NCBI GenBank assembly: GCA_050084985.1
Contig: JBITNC010000001.1
Coordinates: forward strand, 97,774,001-97,838,000
Source of the DNA: Nageia nagi
Taxonomy: Eukaryota > Plantae > Pinophyta
Direction of reading: 5' to 3'
DNA: 64,000 nt
Shown here: positions 40,801 through 53,836 of the stretch, one piece after another
Position numbering within the stretch: the stretch's first letter is position 1
Layout: every line of letters begins with the position of its first letter
Made by a program: the position numbers and the translations under genes
Notes under the pieces: generated by a model
The model's database searches: none
Told to the model about the DNA's origin: nothing
Seen by the model: only the letters and a program-made list of their open reading frames with translations

Positions 40801-43008
40801 AAAGAAAAGAGGAGTGATGAAATGTTAGCATTCAGATTTGAAAATAAACAAGTATTCTATGATGACCAAACCTTATGAATAAATGAAATATATTACAAGG
40901 GGGAAATGGCTTAATAGAGATATCCATTTCATTTTATACCAATGTGATGAAAAATACCCTCCCATCAATAAAAATGGATATTTGTAAAGAGAAATAGAGT
41001 TTCAACATAAACCCTCTTTGTATTCAAAATAAAATGAAAACCTTATTCACTTGTAATTATGGAGAAGAAGGAAAATAAAATGATAAGGCCATGATAGTCA
41101 AAGCAAAAGCAAAACCTCCCTTTCTCATATGAAGTAATTCTTGAATATATGAGCAAAATTTGAATGGAAAATGATACTTGATGGTGGTAAACCTTAGGGT
41201 TTTGAAATGATTGAAAAACTATAAGAAAAAATGAATGGAAAATGGGGCCTACCACATGATCTTTCAATATGGTACTCAAATAATCAATGATGTGGCCCTT
41301 CCTCCTTGTTAGAGGTCTCTTAATGCTTCTCTAGTATACCTAGGCCATATCAACAAGTCAAAGAAAGAGATTTGATGAGTTACATAGTCTTAATGGACCA
41401 TACCTCATGAAAATATGGAGCTCAAACTCGCCAAGCAAACAACAAGGGAGCCAAGTAAGCAAGATGTGAAAAAATTATTAAAGCACAAGAGATAAGATGA
41501 CATGATGAATGAATGAGATCTTTTTCTTCTTTTTGTTAAATTTCATCTCAAACCCTATATTATGCTTTAGTCCTTGAAATGTCAAAATAGGTGAATATGA
41601 GATGGGTTTTAATGTTGCATTATGAATTGCATTATGTTATCTTTCTTGAATTTATTTTTGAAAAGCCAATTTCACTATTTTCATGACTTCAATGCTTTAA
41701 AAGGCATCAGTGTGGTACCTTTAATTATTAATGTTAAATTGAAAGATGCATGTTCATTATTCACTTGACTATTTTTTATGAAAATGTCATTATTTCACAA
41801 ATATGCATTCTATTCAAAATCATAAGTAAAAGTGTTGAAGATAATTTTTAGAAATTCTATGAAAATCACAAAGCTCGTTCCAAGCTAATTATGTTTTTAA
41901 GGCATTTACGCTATAATTTCTAATGATCTATATTGCAAAAATTCCTAATGATTATCAATACAAAGGTCATTGATCTCTAAATATTTGGTATTTACATATA
42001 CATGACATGATTTTTTATTTATTTCATAATTCACATTGTACTAACAATGTTTGAAATTTAAGGTCATGACAAAATCATGAGTGAAAATATTTAAAATTCC
42101 AGGTCACTCTAGGGTTAGGGCATATTTGGACCTCATCAAATTGATGATTAATGTCAAATAAGGACTATGTATCACAAATGGTAATAATCTAATAGGAATA
42201 TTATATTAATTTCATCCTTGCTCTTATTTTTATTTTTTTTTATGGATGTGATCTATGTAGGTATTATTTCTTTTGTTTCCACAGATCATCCTAGAGAGTA
42301 GGACCTCAAAGGTACCATCAATCCTTTACACACATGATGTCATTTTAGCTTGATTCTCCAAAGAAGCTAGGGTGAGGGATAATCCAAGACCAAAAGGGGG
42401 AAAATGAGATATCATATTCAGCATAGCACTCATGAAAGGGAAGTATATTTTACTTTCAAAAAAATTTCACTTCTCTAAAGCTTCTTTAGATTATGCAATT
42501 TCAATGTTTCCATTTCATATCCAAATAAGGGCAAAATGTAGATGCCTAAAACTGATTTATTATTTATTAAATAAATCATATTTTAGATTTATCTATAGTA
42601 TTAATTGCAATATTACAAAAGTCAAGATAAAGTTGATATTATAATAAAAGGACCATGTGTTAAAATAAATGCAATATCATTTACTATTATATTTTAAAAG
42701 ATTTTGAATATAATAAAGATTATATTATTGCTATAAGTCAGCTTTCACTCCTTTCTATATCTTTGCAGGTTATGTATGGAGGAGTTGAAGGTTGACATTC
42801 CTATCATATCTCTTCGATAGATGGTTATCCCAAATATCAAACTTACTAATCTAAAATGGATATCGTAAAATGGTGAAGTTAAAAAAATCTCCTTGGAAAA
42901 TTTGTAATGCTCCAAATTATAACCATCTCTGATTATCATTTATAGCGATTTAAAGTTTAGTATAATAGTAATTAAAGATTACTATTTAAACATGCAAGTC
43001 GTAAATGT

Positions 43009-44533
43009 TGTAAAGGTAAATTATATATATATATATATATTTAAAGGTTTTAAATTATTATTGGTGAGATAATGAATTTCATAAAATTGAATGTTTCAAT
43101 ACGAAAAAGCAACTCTATGAGCGGCCATTATGTTTTAGAGGTCTGCTATGTTGTATGGTTACTCTACATATGGGAAGCCACATTGTCACGTGGAGGATCT
43201 GGCTACCTTGGAGGGGCCACGTTATATGTGAACCCGTCGATAGTCTAATGTGGGAAGCATAGGGTATTGAAGTACCACCCAATGCCTTGAGCATAGGTGG
43301 ATTTGGGTATACTGCTAGCAGTCTATGAAGAGGTAATAGTACGTAGAAAGGTGCCATCTTAGCCAGGAAAAGGTGCATGTCCAGATAGAATTTGTATTGA
43401 ATACTGCCAAACTAAGATCGTCACTTACGGATGAGGATAATGAGGAAGTCCACCAGCTTTCAGAACCAATGAGGCATCTATTCAAAGACCATCTTTGGGA
43501 GATTCATCATCAACAAAAATGATAACTTGGAATATTTTGATTTTGAGGATGTATCTATTGAAGAATATTGATTTTTCAGGGTGAGTTTTGTAAAGGGAAT
43601 TCATAACCGCAGATATGGAAGATACACATCATATACAAGGGGTCCATGATGGTTTCGAAAAAACTGCCAGTAATGTATAACAAAGTATACACGTTATCCA
43701 GCCATTTTGATTAGTGTAAAATTGGAGGATATTCCTAAAGGGGATCAATGTGGAGATCTGAGGAGGATTGTGGTTATTCTGTAAGAATCAATTATAGAAT
43801 TAAAATTCTATCAGATAGAATACTATTTGAAGATAGTTTGGAAAATAACAATGCAGAAGAAGCGTCAGACTTGGACATTCTTTGTTTGAAAGACACCAAC
43901 TCATGGGGATATAGTCATTCACAATGGTGGTTCCTGTGAACAAGCCTTCCATTTTGGGGGTTTCAACAGCCATGATATGCTCAACGAAATACAACCTATG
44001 ATTATCAAATGATGATAAAAGATGAAGATTGGGCCTGCAATAGTAATCTTTAATTTCTATTGCAGGATAAAATGGATAAGTCAAATATTGTAACCTTCGC
44101 CTAAAAAATAGGACCTCTGTAAATTATAAAAGGGGAATAAAGCGTGAGTTCAAGGGGGGTTGTACTATTATTTTTGAATTATTCTGATTATAAGCATCAA
44201 ATACATCACCTGAAGTGAGTTAGCGGAGACTAAGTGTGAATCCTATGATGCTTGAAGATTGAGTCCAATTTGAGATACATATATTGTAAGAGTCTGTTGT
44301 AGGTGATTTTACGTTCTTTTTGTGGTTCTTTGCAAAGTTTTAGGATGTATATTTAGATATCCATTAACCTTATCATTCCTTTTTTCTTTGAAATTATTTT
44401 ATTTATTAGAACAATTGTTATGGATTATTGTGTCATATTCCTATTTTTAAATCAACTCTTTTTTTCCAATAGAATCAATGGCACTACCCATAATAGTTAT
44501 AACTTATTTAAGGGGTTCGTATTACTTCATACA
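43009..44533 (+). mobile_element. Solo LTR, 1525 bp, with 5-bp TSD
   Basis: Begins TGTA, ends TACA, flanked by AATGT on both sides (43004-43008 and 44534-44538); internal TATAAAAGGGG at ~44125; retains CpG. Confidence 0.85.
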
Positions 44534-44749
44534 AATGTCTAAAGTTTTCATTATTTTTCTCATTTTCCACTTTCTCATTAATTGCAACATGAGTTGACAT
44601 TGAAATTCTAATATTTTCTTAGAGAATAATTGATCATATAATTTATTTGCATTGTGTTCTTATTTGTCTCAAAGATATCTTACCAAGGACATTATCTCAT
44701 TCCTTTGTCACATGGAGTCATTATATTTTAAATAATAATATCTATTTAT

Positions 44750-45575
44750 CAAAATTGAACATCTATTTGCCTTGGATTTTATCTTAGGAGAGGCATGGTA
44801 AGCCAACCCTTAGCCTTGGACCTAAAATGCAAGTTCCTATAAATGACAATGGAAAAAATCAACTTCTAGCATATATTTGATGATAGTTTTTGCAGAGTTT
44901 TTTACAAAATTAAAACCCATTACAGATGAGAGAGTTCAAATTTCATAAATATGATTTTTTTTAAATTAGATTATATTTTCTTTTTATTAATTAATTTTCA
45001 ATGAAACTTGTCCAAAAAGTTGAAAAATTAGGTTGTCTAATTTTTTAATAACATTTGTTTGGAATTATATATATATAGTTCTCTATTGAATAAATAAAAT
45101 TTTGAAAAAAAATGGATAAGTGTAGGTCAAATTATGTGTATCATACATGAGCACTTTTAAAAACAACAATTAGGGCCAATAAAAAATTAATTAAAAAATT
45201 ATATTCATGAAAAAATATCTTCATCAAACTTCAATATATTAGATATCTTTTTCCAAAAGGATTTTTAAAAATACTTTAATTTAGGTCAAATTATATGTGT
45301 CATACACGTGCATGGTATGGTCCTAAAATAATGTATTTTAAATAATGATTTTTAGATATGCCTATTAAAATTTAATTTTTATCATCTATGTATTAGAGTA
45401 AATTACATAATTGAACATTATACTTGGAGCATTACATTTTTACTCAAATGATATTTTTCAAGATTCCATGTCTAAATGCTTCAAATTTTGAGATCAATTG
45501 TGACAAAACCTAAAAATCAAAGAAAAATCTTCCACTTTTTTACCATAAAATGGACCCAAATTCTTGCACTAACAC
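44750..45575 (-). mobile_element. Non-autonomous TIR element (MITE-like), copy 1, partial
   Basis: Reverse complement matches 56299-57150 (AGTGCAAGAA.TTGGGTCCA; GGTCCAAGGCTAAGGGTTGGCT). Confidence 0.8.
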
Positions 45576-45823
45576 AAGGAAACCTCTAAGCTTAGGTTCT
45601 TAGGACCTTAAGTAACATAAATAGGGAAAAATATACCTCAAGTATATATGTATCCATCCTTATCCTTATTCAAAAGTTTGTTAAAAAGATAAAAAGAATG
45701 CCTACATCCATTGATTTATGTGTTTATATGATGATGTGCTAAATGATTTCACAATGCATGATATGTTACATATATTGATTAAGAATAATCACACTATGAT
45801 AAAGACTAATAAATATTTATCAT

Positions 45824-46078
45824 GATTAACTCTTATCTTAAAGCATGCTTGCATCACTCTAGATTCTTGGAGATTCTATGTTGGATGAACTCTAATCTCA
45901 CTTGTTCAAGAAAATTATTATCTCAATTTTGATGATGACTTATGTTCCATTTGATACATAGGGTTCACCCTTCAAGAACATAAGGACCATATCTAAATTC
46001 GATATATTATATTTCACCAAACATAGAATCTCTAATAGTCTAGAGTGATGCAAGCATGCTTTAAGATAAGAGTCAATC
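45824..46078. repeat. 59-bp inverted repeat (hairpin, 137-nt spacer)
   Basis: 45824-45882 is the reverse complement of 46020-46078 with 4 mismatches. Confidence 0.9.
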
Positions 46079-49000
46079 TTACTAAAATAGGGAGAGAAAA
46101 TTATCCTTGTATTCTTGATGATGATTCTTGTTTCTTGATATGGTATTTAAACCTTGCAAAATAAAATCTTAGTAGGGGAAACCTCTAACCTTAAGTCTTT
46201 AGGACCTTAAGGAACAAAAATAAGCTAAACCCTAGATCAAGTATATGTAGGTCCCCTTAACCTTATTTAAAATGTTGGCATAAATATAAAAAAAGCCTAC
46301 ATGTATTAACTAATATTCTTATATGATGATGTGCTAAATAATTTGATAATATGTTATAAATATTGATAAACATTACTCACACTATGCTAAATATTGACAA
46401 AGATTGTGTTAGATAATGATTTATGATAAATAACCCACCAAGATAATTAAGAAAGTCATCTAAATGTAATATATGAGTAATCACCAATATCAATAATGAT
46501 AATTGAAAAGATAATACTAAGAAATGATAAAGGTATGATCAATTATGATAAAAGTTTCTAAGAAAAAGATACTTTCTAAAATCCTAATATATAAAACTAT
46601 ATTCAAACAATAAAATCAAGAAAGTGATCAAAGAAATATTTATGGATAAATAATAATACTCACAATACTAAATGATATGAGAATGATAAACAATGATAAA
46701 TAATGTAAAATTGGTATGCTTAATTATGATAAAAATGTTAAGCTAGATTAAACCTTGGCATGAATTAGCCTAGAAATGCATGTCTACATACTTACAAATA
46801 CAAAATGTAAGAAAATCATGCTAAATAAGGATACAAAAGCTCTAAGAATGCTCCAAATTATGCCTACATGCTTGTAATCACATGAAAACAAGCATATAAG
46901 GTGCAATAATATAATAAAATAGATAATTATATCTTAATCCATCATGGTGGGATGGGGTGAGATCACAATGTTGGAGTGTTTTGAAGGAGGGTTTCTTCAA
47001 AACCCTAAGAATTAGGCTAAAAGAGAATGCTAAGTGATTTGATATTAGTGCTTAAAGATTAAAGAAAAATAATATATTATTATGATATAAATGACTTAAT
47101 TGGTGCAAATAATATCATAAATGACCTTTTATAATTCTTTATTTTATAATCAATAGGTTAATTGCTTGATCTATAGGATCAATAGGTTAATTACCCAATC
47201 AATTGGCCAATTGCAATACTGATTATTTTGACCAATTTTGATCATGTTTATGATTTATGATTTAATATTGGTAAATATTGATGTTATGTAATTTTGAGGT
47301 GTCTACATTACTACTAAGAAATTATTATGATACTCTTAGCATTCATATATAGTAACTAATTTGTACCATTGAGCTATGAGTTGTAATAAGAACCTATGCT
47401 TATAAAAGGGAAATCATCATTTGAATACTAACCAAGTAGAAGGATATTTTTATGATAAATTTAAGTGTATTTAGTATACCTTAATTCAAGTGAGGAAAAA
47501 ATTTATTGACTCTTGTATGACCTTACTCAATTAGAAAACAAAAACAATATATCTTACTAAAAGCTTAGGGTGATGATGAAGGTAGGTATATTCCTATTTA
47601 CAAAATTTGATGTAAGTAGTGTGACACTCAAAGGAAGAAAAATCCTAATTATCAATTCTAAACTTGTCATTTAGTTTATATTAAGAATGCATCCATAATA
47701 TAGAAAGAACCTAAAAAGGTTAAACCCAATTGAATAAAGCTTCCATCAAATACATGGTTATGATTTTAAAAAAATAATGGGTATCATTTTGAGGACCATG
47801 ATAGAAGAAGAGAAAATAGGATTTCATATCACTAAGTAAGGCATGAAGACATTTCATACAGATGATTCAGGTGGATAAAGTAATGGGAGATATTTTGACA
47901 CTACATGGAGAAGCATGTATAAGAGCCATACATGTCTTATGAGGGAAAATGTGTAGATGAAAGTTTATTACTTTTAAATTATTAAAAAATATTATTATTT
48001 TATTTTTATGAGAAATCAACCCTTGTGGGGAATTTGCTTAGGCTACGATGTTATGCTCGAGGGGTATCTATTTCGTCATTTGAATTCACCCAGAAATTAC
48101 ATCAGACCTCATCCACACTTGTCATCATCCAACAAGGGTTACAATTATGTCTATTTGTTACATTCAGATACCCTCCATCCACAAGCTCCTCTAACATGCT
48201 AATATAAAAAGTCACTATCTAGATTTGTATATTTATTTTATAATACTAAATATTCAAATGAAAATCACATTACAACAAGTTCACTCAACACATATTTTTA
48301 TGGGTTTTTGTGTAATAAAACTAAATAATAAGATAAAACATCTTTTGTTAATAAATCTACAAAAGAAGGATTTTAACACATGGAAAAGCTTGTATAAGAG
48401 CATATATTTTAGGGGTGAATGTGTAAAAAAAAATTTATTAATTTTGAATTATCCATTTTATAATGCTAAATATTCAGAAGAAAATTTCGCATTGCAACAA
48501 ATTCCATCAGTGCATATTGTATGGGTTTTAGTGTAATAATAATATATAATAAAATGAAAGGTCTTTCATTATATATTCAACAAAGATAATTCACAACTTT
48601 TACTACAGCTTCTACACTAACACATAAAACATAACTGAAGAAAGCTTTGAATTCATCCAATAGCTGTGTTTTAGACTGAAGGCAACAATCATATTCAATA
48701 TGTTGTCAACTAATTCTAGAGAAGTCTCTTGCGTTAAGATCTTGAATTCGATCTTGGTATCCTTTCGTATAAATTGGAATTGAAATTAACAAGTTACTGC
48801 TGTTTACAGCATTTGAAAAAAATATACATACGTGCCATCTCTTATGGTGACGACAAACATCTTGTGTGTTTTCTAAGCAAAGTTATCTCCAATTAAGACT
48901 CTAAAGGCGTTTGCAACAGTTGGTGAAACGCTGGACTCCAACCTATAATATTATGAAAGGATAAATCGTTTTGGAAGTTGCATCTTGACAAGTAGAGCTT

Positions 49001-51795
49001 CACACGGCAAAATAAAGTCAACCACAATCTCTTCTAGAATCTTAAACCGAACTTTAGAAGTTACTTGAAACTTTGTATTTGAAGGCCTTGTTCAGAAATG
49101 GAAATGAAATAATTTCAGCAGGTCGAATCCTTTTGCCTTCTGTAGAGAATCATTGCCAGTTCAACATCTCACACCATTTTGACCATTTCCATTGAGGGGA
49201 GGAGTTCAAGCAATTTGGGTCCCAAGGAATCGTCACAATTATACTAGAAAAAAAGCATAATTCAGAATATGTAAATATATATAAGTATTAGCACTCATTA
49301 TTAATATTAAATTGATTCAGATAAGACATCTTTTAACTGAAAGATCAAGATTGCTATGGTTAATTTTCATAATCAATTTATTATAAAATTACTTGAATTT
49401 TACTATTTAATATATAATAATTATAATTTATACTTAAAATTAAATTAAAATTTATCTATTTTATTTATGTAAAATATATTTGAATTTAACATTTTGATTA
49501 AAGTTTTTTTTAATTAAATTATTTTTCAATGTTTTTATTATTATTTTTAAATATAAATATAAAAGTATAAAGTTCATGGAAGTTAGAGTTTGTAACAATC
49601 ATTCTTTTAACAATATCAAATCTATGGTTATAATAGATCAAATAATTTTTATAAATAAAATTTATACATGTTTAACATTTTCATTTGTAATTTTCAAAAA
49701 TAAAATCATTAAATAACTTAAATTTTACTATAAAATTTATACATTTTATCAATCCACTTTCAGTAGATAAATCATATGCTAAACAAAATTAAATAAAATA
49801 ATTGATAATATTTTCTATATAATTGTAAATTATAAGATTTGAAATTACTTTCAAAAATAAATGTGATTGAAGTTAAAATTTAATATGAATTTTCTAATTA
49901 AATTTTTAATGTGTTAAATTTATCATAATTCACATTAATTTTAAGAGTTTCTTCATGAATACTTTAAGGAAAGTAGTGATACCATATATTATTGACATCT
50001 CTTCATATGTAATAGATTATAAATTGATGAAGTTAGTTATGTTGTGACCTTCTTTCACATAGTGTCCCATATTCAAATCCTTAATAAAATTTCTTTCTTT
50101 CTTTCAACATCTCTTAAATTGTAATGAATTATAAACATATCACCATATATTGAATGATTAATGATGTCAAATTTAAAGAATATGAATTCCAAAAATGTAA
50201 TTGATTATTAAATGTTAAAAATATTTTTTGATGAAATTCTTCCATTTTTTTATATTTTTAAACATCATCCTTAAAAAGGATCTCCACCTTCATAGAGAGA
50301 TCAGCGTTGCCTTGCCCTATACTTTTGGAAGACCTTCCTTCTTTGGAAGCGCCTCTTAGCATGCACATAACAGCCTACAGAGGAGCAACGAATCACATCC
50401 TTTTTTAGAGCCTCTTCCAGAGGGGACTCATCTCAAGGCATCGAGAGGATCAGCCACTCCCTCTCATACAGACCAAGAGATGCATTCAGGTTACCCAGGT
50501 CACACTAAGGGAGCTAGCATTAGTCTTTCCAACACACCCATGAGGCCCCCCAAGAAGGCCCCCATGGATTTTGTACTACCCATCCCTTAAAGTTCGAGTC
50601 TTCTCTTGTATGGTTTTACTAGCTTTGATTAGACTATTTCTTTTGTTTGATTTAAAAGAAACTCAGTAGAAATTTTATTCATGTATTGTTCACTCTAATC
50701 CCATTGATTTCTTTTGATCACCTGAGAACACTTATATACTTTCTTTCTTTCTTTTCCATATTAAAATGATTTAATTTCAATTTTCATCAAGTAATTTATA
50801 TACATATTTAATTCTATAAATATCTTGAAATAATTAAAATCTTTTGATAATCCTTTGATTGTTAATAAAAAATATTATATAATTGATTTTTTTTTTTAAA
50901 CATCTTTTCTACTAAATAAAAGTTCAAATCTTTGAAACAACCACTAAGATAAGCCTCCTCTAAAATCAAATAACTGCAAGTTATTATCAAGTTCACTTTT
51001 ACCAAATCTCTTCTATGCTCACTTGACATCTTTCTTCTACTCATTTAGCAAGCGAGAGAGACTGGTTAAAGGGGGAATGCATTCAAAAGCTTCAATGAAG
51101 AATTTCCAATCCCAGAAGTCTCAACCCTGCTCGGCAGACAATTGAAATTTTTCCGTAGAGTGACCATCAAGGGACGCAACAGACGAGAGTATTTGACCAT
51201 TTATGAAAACCAACTAACATTTAGGTTTATGTTCAATCATATTCTACTGTCAATTGAGTGTTTGAATTCAGGGAGTTGTCATTACAGGTTTCGTCTCTTC
51301 TTGATTAACATGATCTTCTATTAAAACAATTCAATTATAATTTCTGTTTCTTCTAGATCCTTGATTAAAACGAGCTGAAGAAAACTATCTAAAGCTCGAG
51401 GTTGAAAACGCTATTCTACCTGCCTAACACTCAACCAAGTCGGATTTATCTTAATCTACTATCTCTACTCAAAGATCTTCTATCGATAAAAACCTTCTCT
51501 TTATCAAAACACTAAATCCTTGGAGTTACCAAAGTCTTCTTTGTAAATCGTTGGCCATTGGTTAATTGGATCTTCGGACACTAAAGTCTTATTTGTTAGA
51601 TCTTCCGGCACCAACTCAGACGATCCATACAAAAAGTTATAGGCGCTAGCAACAGCGTAGCCAAAGGACTTTCTTGCCCACTTTGATAGAAAACTATAAG
51701 CTGTCATAATCCCGAATTTGATAAAGAAAACATTGCAACATCCCTGCAAATTCACGATCTTGGCCGCTCCACGCGTGAAAAAGATACTTAGGCAA

Positions 51796-51865
51796 ATGGC
51801 AATCAAAGCTATCGCAACCTTAGTCCTCCTTCTGCTTGGAAATCCTGCTTTCCTTTGCGTTTCAG
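51796..51865 (+). CDS. GMC gene exon 1 (signal peptide)
   Basis: ATG at 51796, hydrophobic peptide, donor CAG|GTACA at 51866, phase 1. Confidence 0.8.
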
Positions 51866-53836
51866 GTACAATTTTTCATTCGCTCTGTTCAGTCCAATTT
51901 CTGTATTTCCTTCCATGATGGTTTTTTTTTCTTCATTGGTGCGCAGAGGGAAGTAGAGGAAATTATCCGTTTGTAAAAGAGACAAACAAGAATGCTGTTT
52001 GGGAGTCGCACTATGATTATATAATCGTTGGCGGAGGAACGGCGGGCTGTCCTCTCGCAGCCACACTTTCGCAAAACGCCACGGTGCTCCTTCTCGAAAG
52101 AGGTGGATCTCCCTTCGGAAACAACAACATCTTGAGGATCGAGAATTTTTTTGTGAATCTCCTGGACTGCTTTTCACCTCGGTCGTCCACGCAGGCGTTT
52201 GTTTCGGAAGATGGGGTGTTAAATCAGAGAGCGAGAGTATTGGGAGGCGGAACATGCCTCAACGCTGGATTCTACAGCCGTGCAAGTCCTCAAGAGATTG
52301 AGGCCATGGGATTGGAACCCAAACTGGTGAGCGATTCATATCACTGGGTAGAAAATGTAATGGCGCATAAACCCGCCCAAAATGAATGGCAGAAAGCGGT
52401 GGCACAAGGTCTGGTGGAGAGTGGGGTGACGCCTTTCAATGGGTTTACGTATGATCACATTCCTGGGACTAAAATCGGTGGAACCATCTTCAATCAGACT
52501 GGAGATCGTTCTACTGCGGCTGACATTCTTGCGCTGGCGAATCCCAAGACGCTTACGGTTTTGCTTTATGCAAGCGTGCAACGCGTTCTCTTTGAGAACG
52601 AAGGTAAGATGAACGCGCAGGCTTTCTTATATACGTTAGAAGATATCATTGAGTTTGAGAAGATAATATTATTGTTATGTTTATTTCTAGAATTATTTTG
52701 AGAATGTGAAAGCATAAGCTCCATATTTCCTATGCCTGATCTATATTTAGTATTTAATTTATCATGTGCACAGGAAACGGAAAGCCGAAAGCCTGCGGTG
52801 TTGTATTCACCGATGCAGATGGTATTGAGAAGCATGTGTTTTTGAATGAAGGAAAGAGCGAAGTAATAATATCCGCAGGGGCTTTAGGAAGCCCGCAGTT
52901 GCTTATGCTTAGCGGAATTGGTCCTGTTGAGGAGTTGAAATCTTTCGGAATTAAGGTGGTGTTGGATCAGCCCGCTGTTGGGCAAGGTATGGCCGACAAC
53001 CCCTTGAACTTCTTAGTGGTTCTCACTTACGTTCCTCTCGATACATCTCTCGCTCAAACAGTGGGCATCACAAACTATGGATACTACATCGAAACATTGA
53101 ATGGAATTAAATTATCCAAAGAGGTATATACGTACATAAACACACATTTTCGAAAATTAGAAATGTCATTGTGCTTCTAACAGTGATGTATGTTTGTTTT
53201 GGAAACACAGATAGATATTAGAAATGCAGCACTTATATTCGAGAAAGTGGCACGACCTAAATCCAAGGGTTATCTGAGATTGAAGAACACCGAAGTTGCA
53301 GACAACCCGATTGTGAGATTCAACTACTTACAGGACCCTAATGACCTCGAAACCTGCGTGCAGGGAGTAAGGACCATGCTGAATGTCGTTAAAACCAAAC
53401 CCATAAAAGAACTCGTATTCCCTCACATTACCCTTCCCTGATTATGAATTTCACCTTTGAAATTCCCAATAACTTTAATACTGGGTGGGATATCGATAAC
53501 ATTGTGTTAGAGAAGTTCTGCAAGGATACAGTGAGAACGATCTGGCACTACCATGGGGGATGTCAGGTGGGAAGTGTAGTTGATGAGGAGTACAGGGTAA
53601 TTGGGGTGGAGAGTGTTAGAGTGATTGATGGCTCCACATTCCTCTTCTCTCCTGGAACGAATCCTCAAGCTACTGTCATGATGCTTGGCAGGTACTTCAT
53701 CATTTTTTGTTCATCTCATACGGTTTCATTCATTACAAGTGATGTTTTTTCTTAGTTATAAATGGTGTATTGTGATTACAGATATATGGGAGTAAGAATT
53801 CTCAAAGAACGATTAGGTCCCTCAGGAGGAGTATGA
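51796..53836 (+). CDS. Secreted GMC (glucose-methanol-choline) FAD oxidoreductase, HOTHEAD-like / mandelonitrile-lyase-like family; 5 exons (51796-51865, 51947-52603, 52774-53123, 53211-53691, 53782-53836); one frameshift near 53436-53441 (pseudogene or sequence error)
   Basis: Signal-peptide-like N-terminus MAIKAIATLVLLLLGNPAFLCVS; FAD motif YDYIIVGGGTAGCPLAATLS; RARVLGGGTCLNAGFYSRA; EVIISAGALGSPQLLMLSGIGP; TIWHYHGGCQVG; PGTNPQATVMMLGRYMG; C-terminus RLGPSGGV*. All four introns are GT-AG and phase-compatible. About 537 aa if one base is restored. Confidence 0.93.
51947..52603 (+). CDS. GMC gene exon 2 (FAD-binding domain)
   Basis: Acceptor gcgcAG at 51945-46; GGGTAG motif; in frame with ORF 52084; donor AAG|GTAAG at 52604. 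Confidence 0.92.
52774..53123 (+). CDS. GMC gene exon 3
   Basis: Acceptor cacAG at 52772-73; SAGALGSPQLLMLSGIG and GMADNP motifs; donor GAG|GTATA at 53124. Confidence 0.9.
53211..53691 (+). CDS. GMC gene exon 4 (GMC C-terminal domain), with frameshift and premature TGA at 53439-53441
   Basis: Acceptor acacAG at 53209-10; EKVARPKSKG...DNPIVRFNY in one frame, then FCKDTVRTIWHYHGG...PGTNPQ in another frame; donor CAG|GTAC at 53692. Confidence 0.88.
53782..53836 (+). CDS. GMC gene exon 5 (terminal)
   Basis: Acceptor tacAG at 53780-81; (R)YMGVRILKERLGPSGGV-TGA. Confidence 0.88.

Noticed and set aside
42405-47307. A single Ogre LTR from TGAGATATC to GGTGTCTACA
   Set aside because: The termini are suggestive, but orientation is ambiguous, a second TGTCTACA occurs at ~46781, and there is no partner LTR to confirm it.
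51770-51777. CACGCGTG palindrome as a regulatory site
   Set aside because: A single 8-mer close to the ATG is not enough evidence.
51504-52835. Minus-strand ORFs overlapping the GMC gene and promoter
   Set aside because: Antisense shadows with no recognisable motifs.
53367-53512. Cryptic GT-AG intron that would bypass the frameshift
   Set aside because: It restores the frame but deletes about 49 codons of family-like coding sequence and skips a nearer AG, so it is unlikely without RNA evidence.
51796-53836. Calling the gene mandelonitrile lyase or a true HTH orthologue
   Set aside because: It has PGTNPQ rather than the HNL-type His motif, and orthology needs a phylogeny, so no symbol is assigned.
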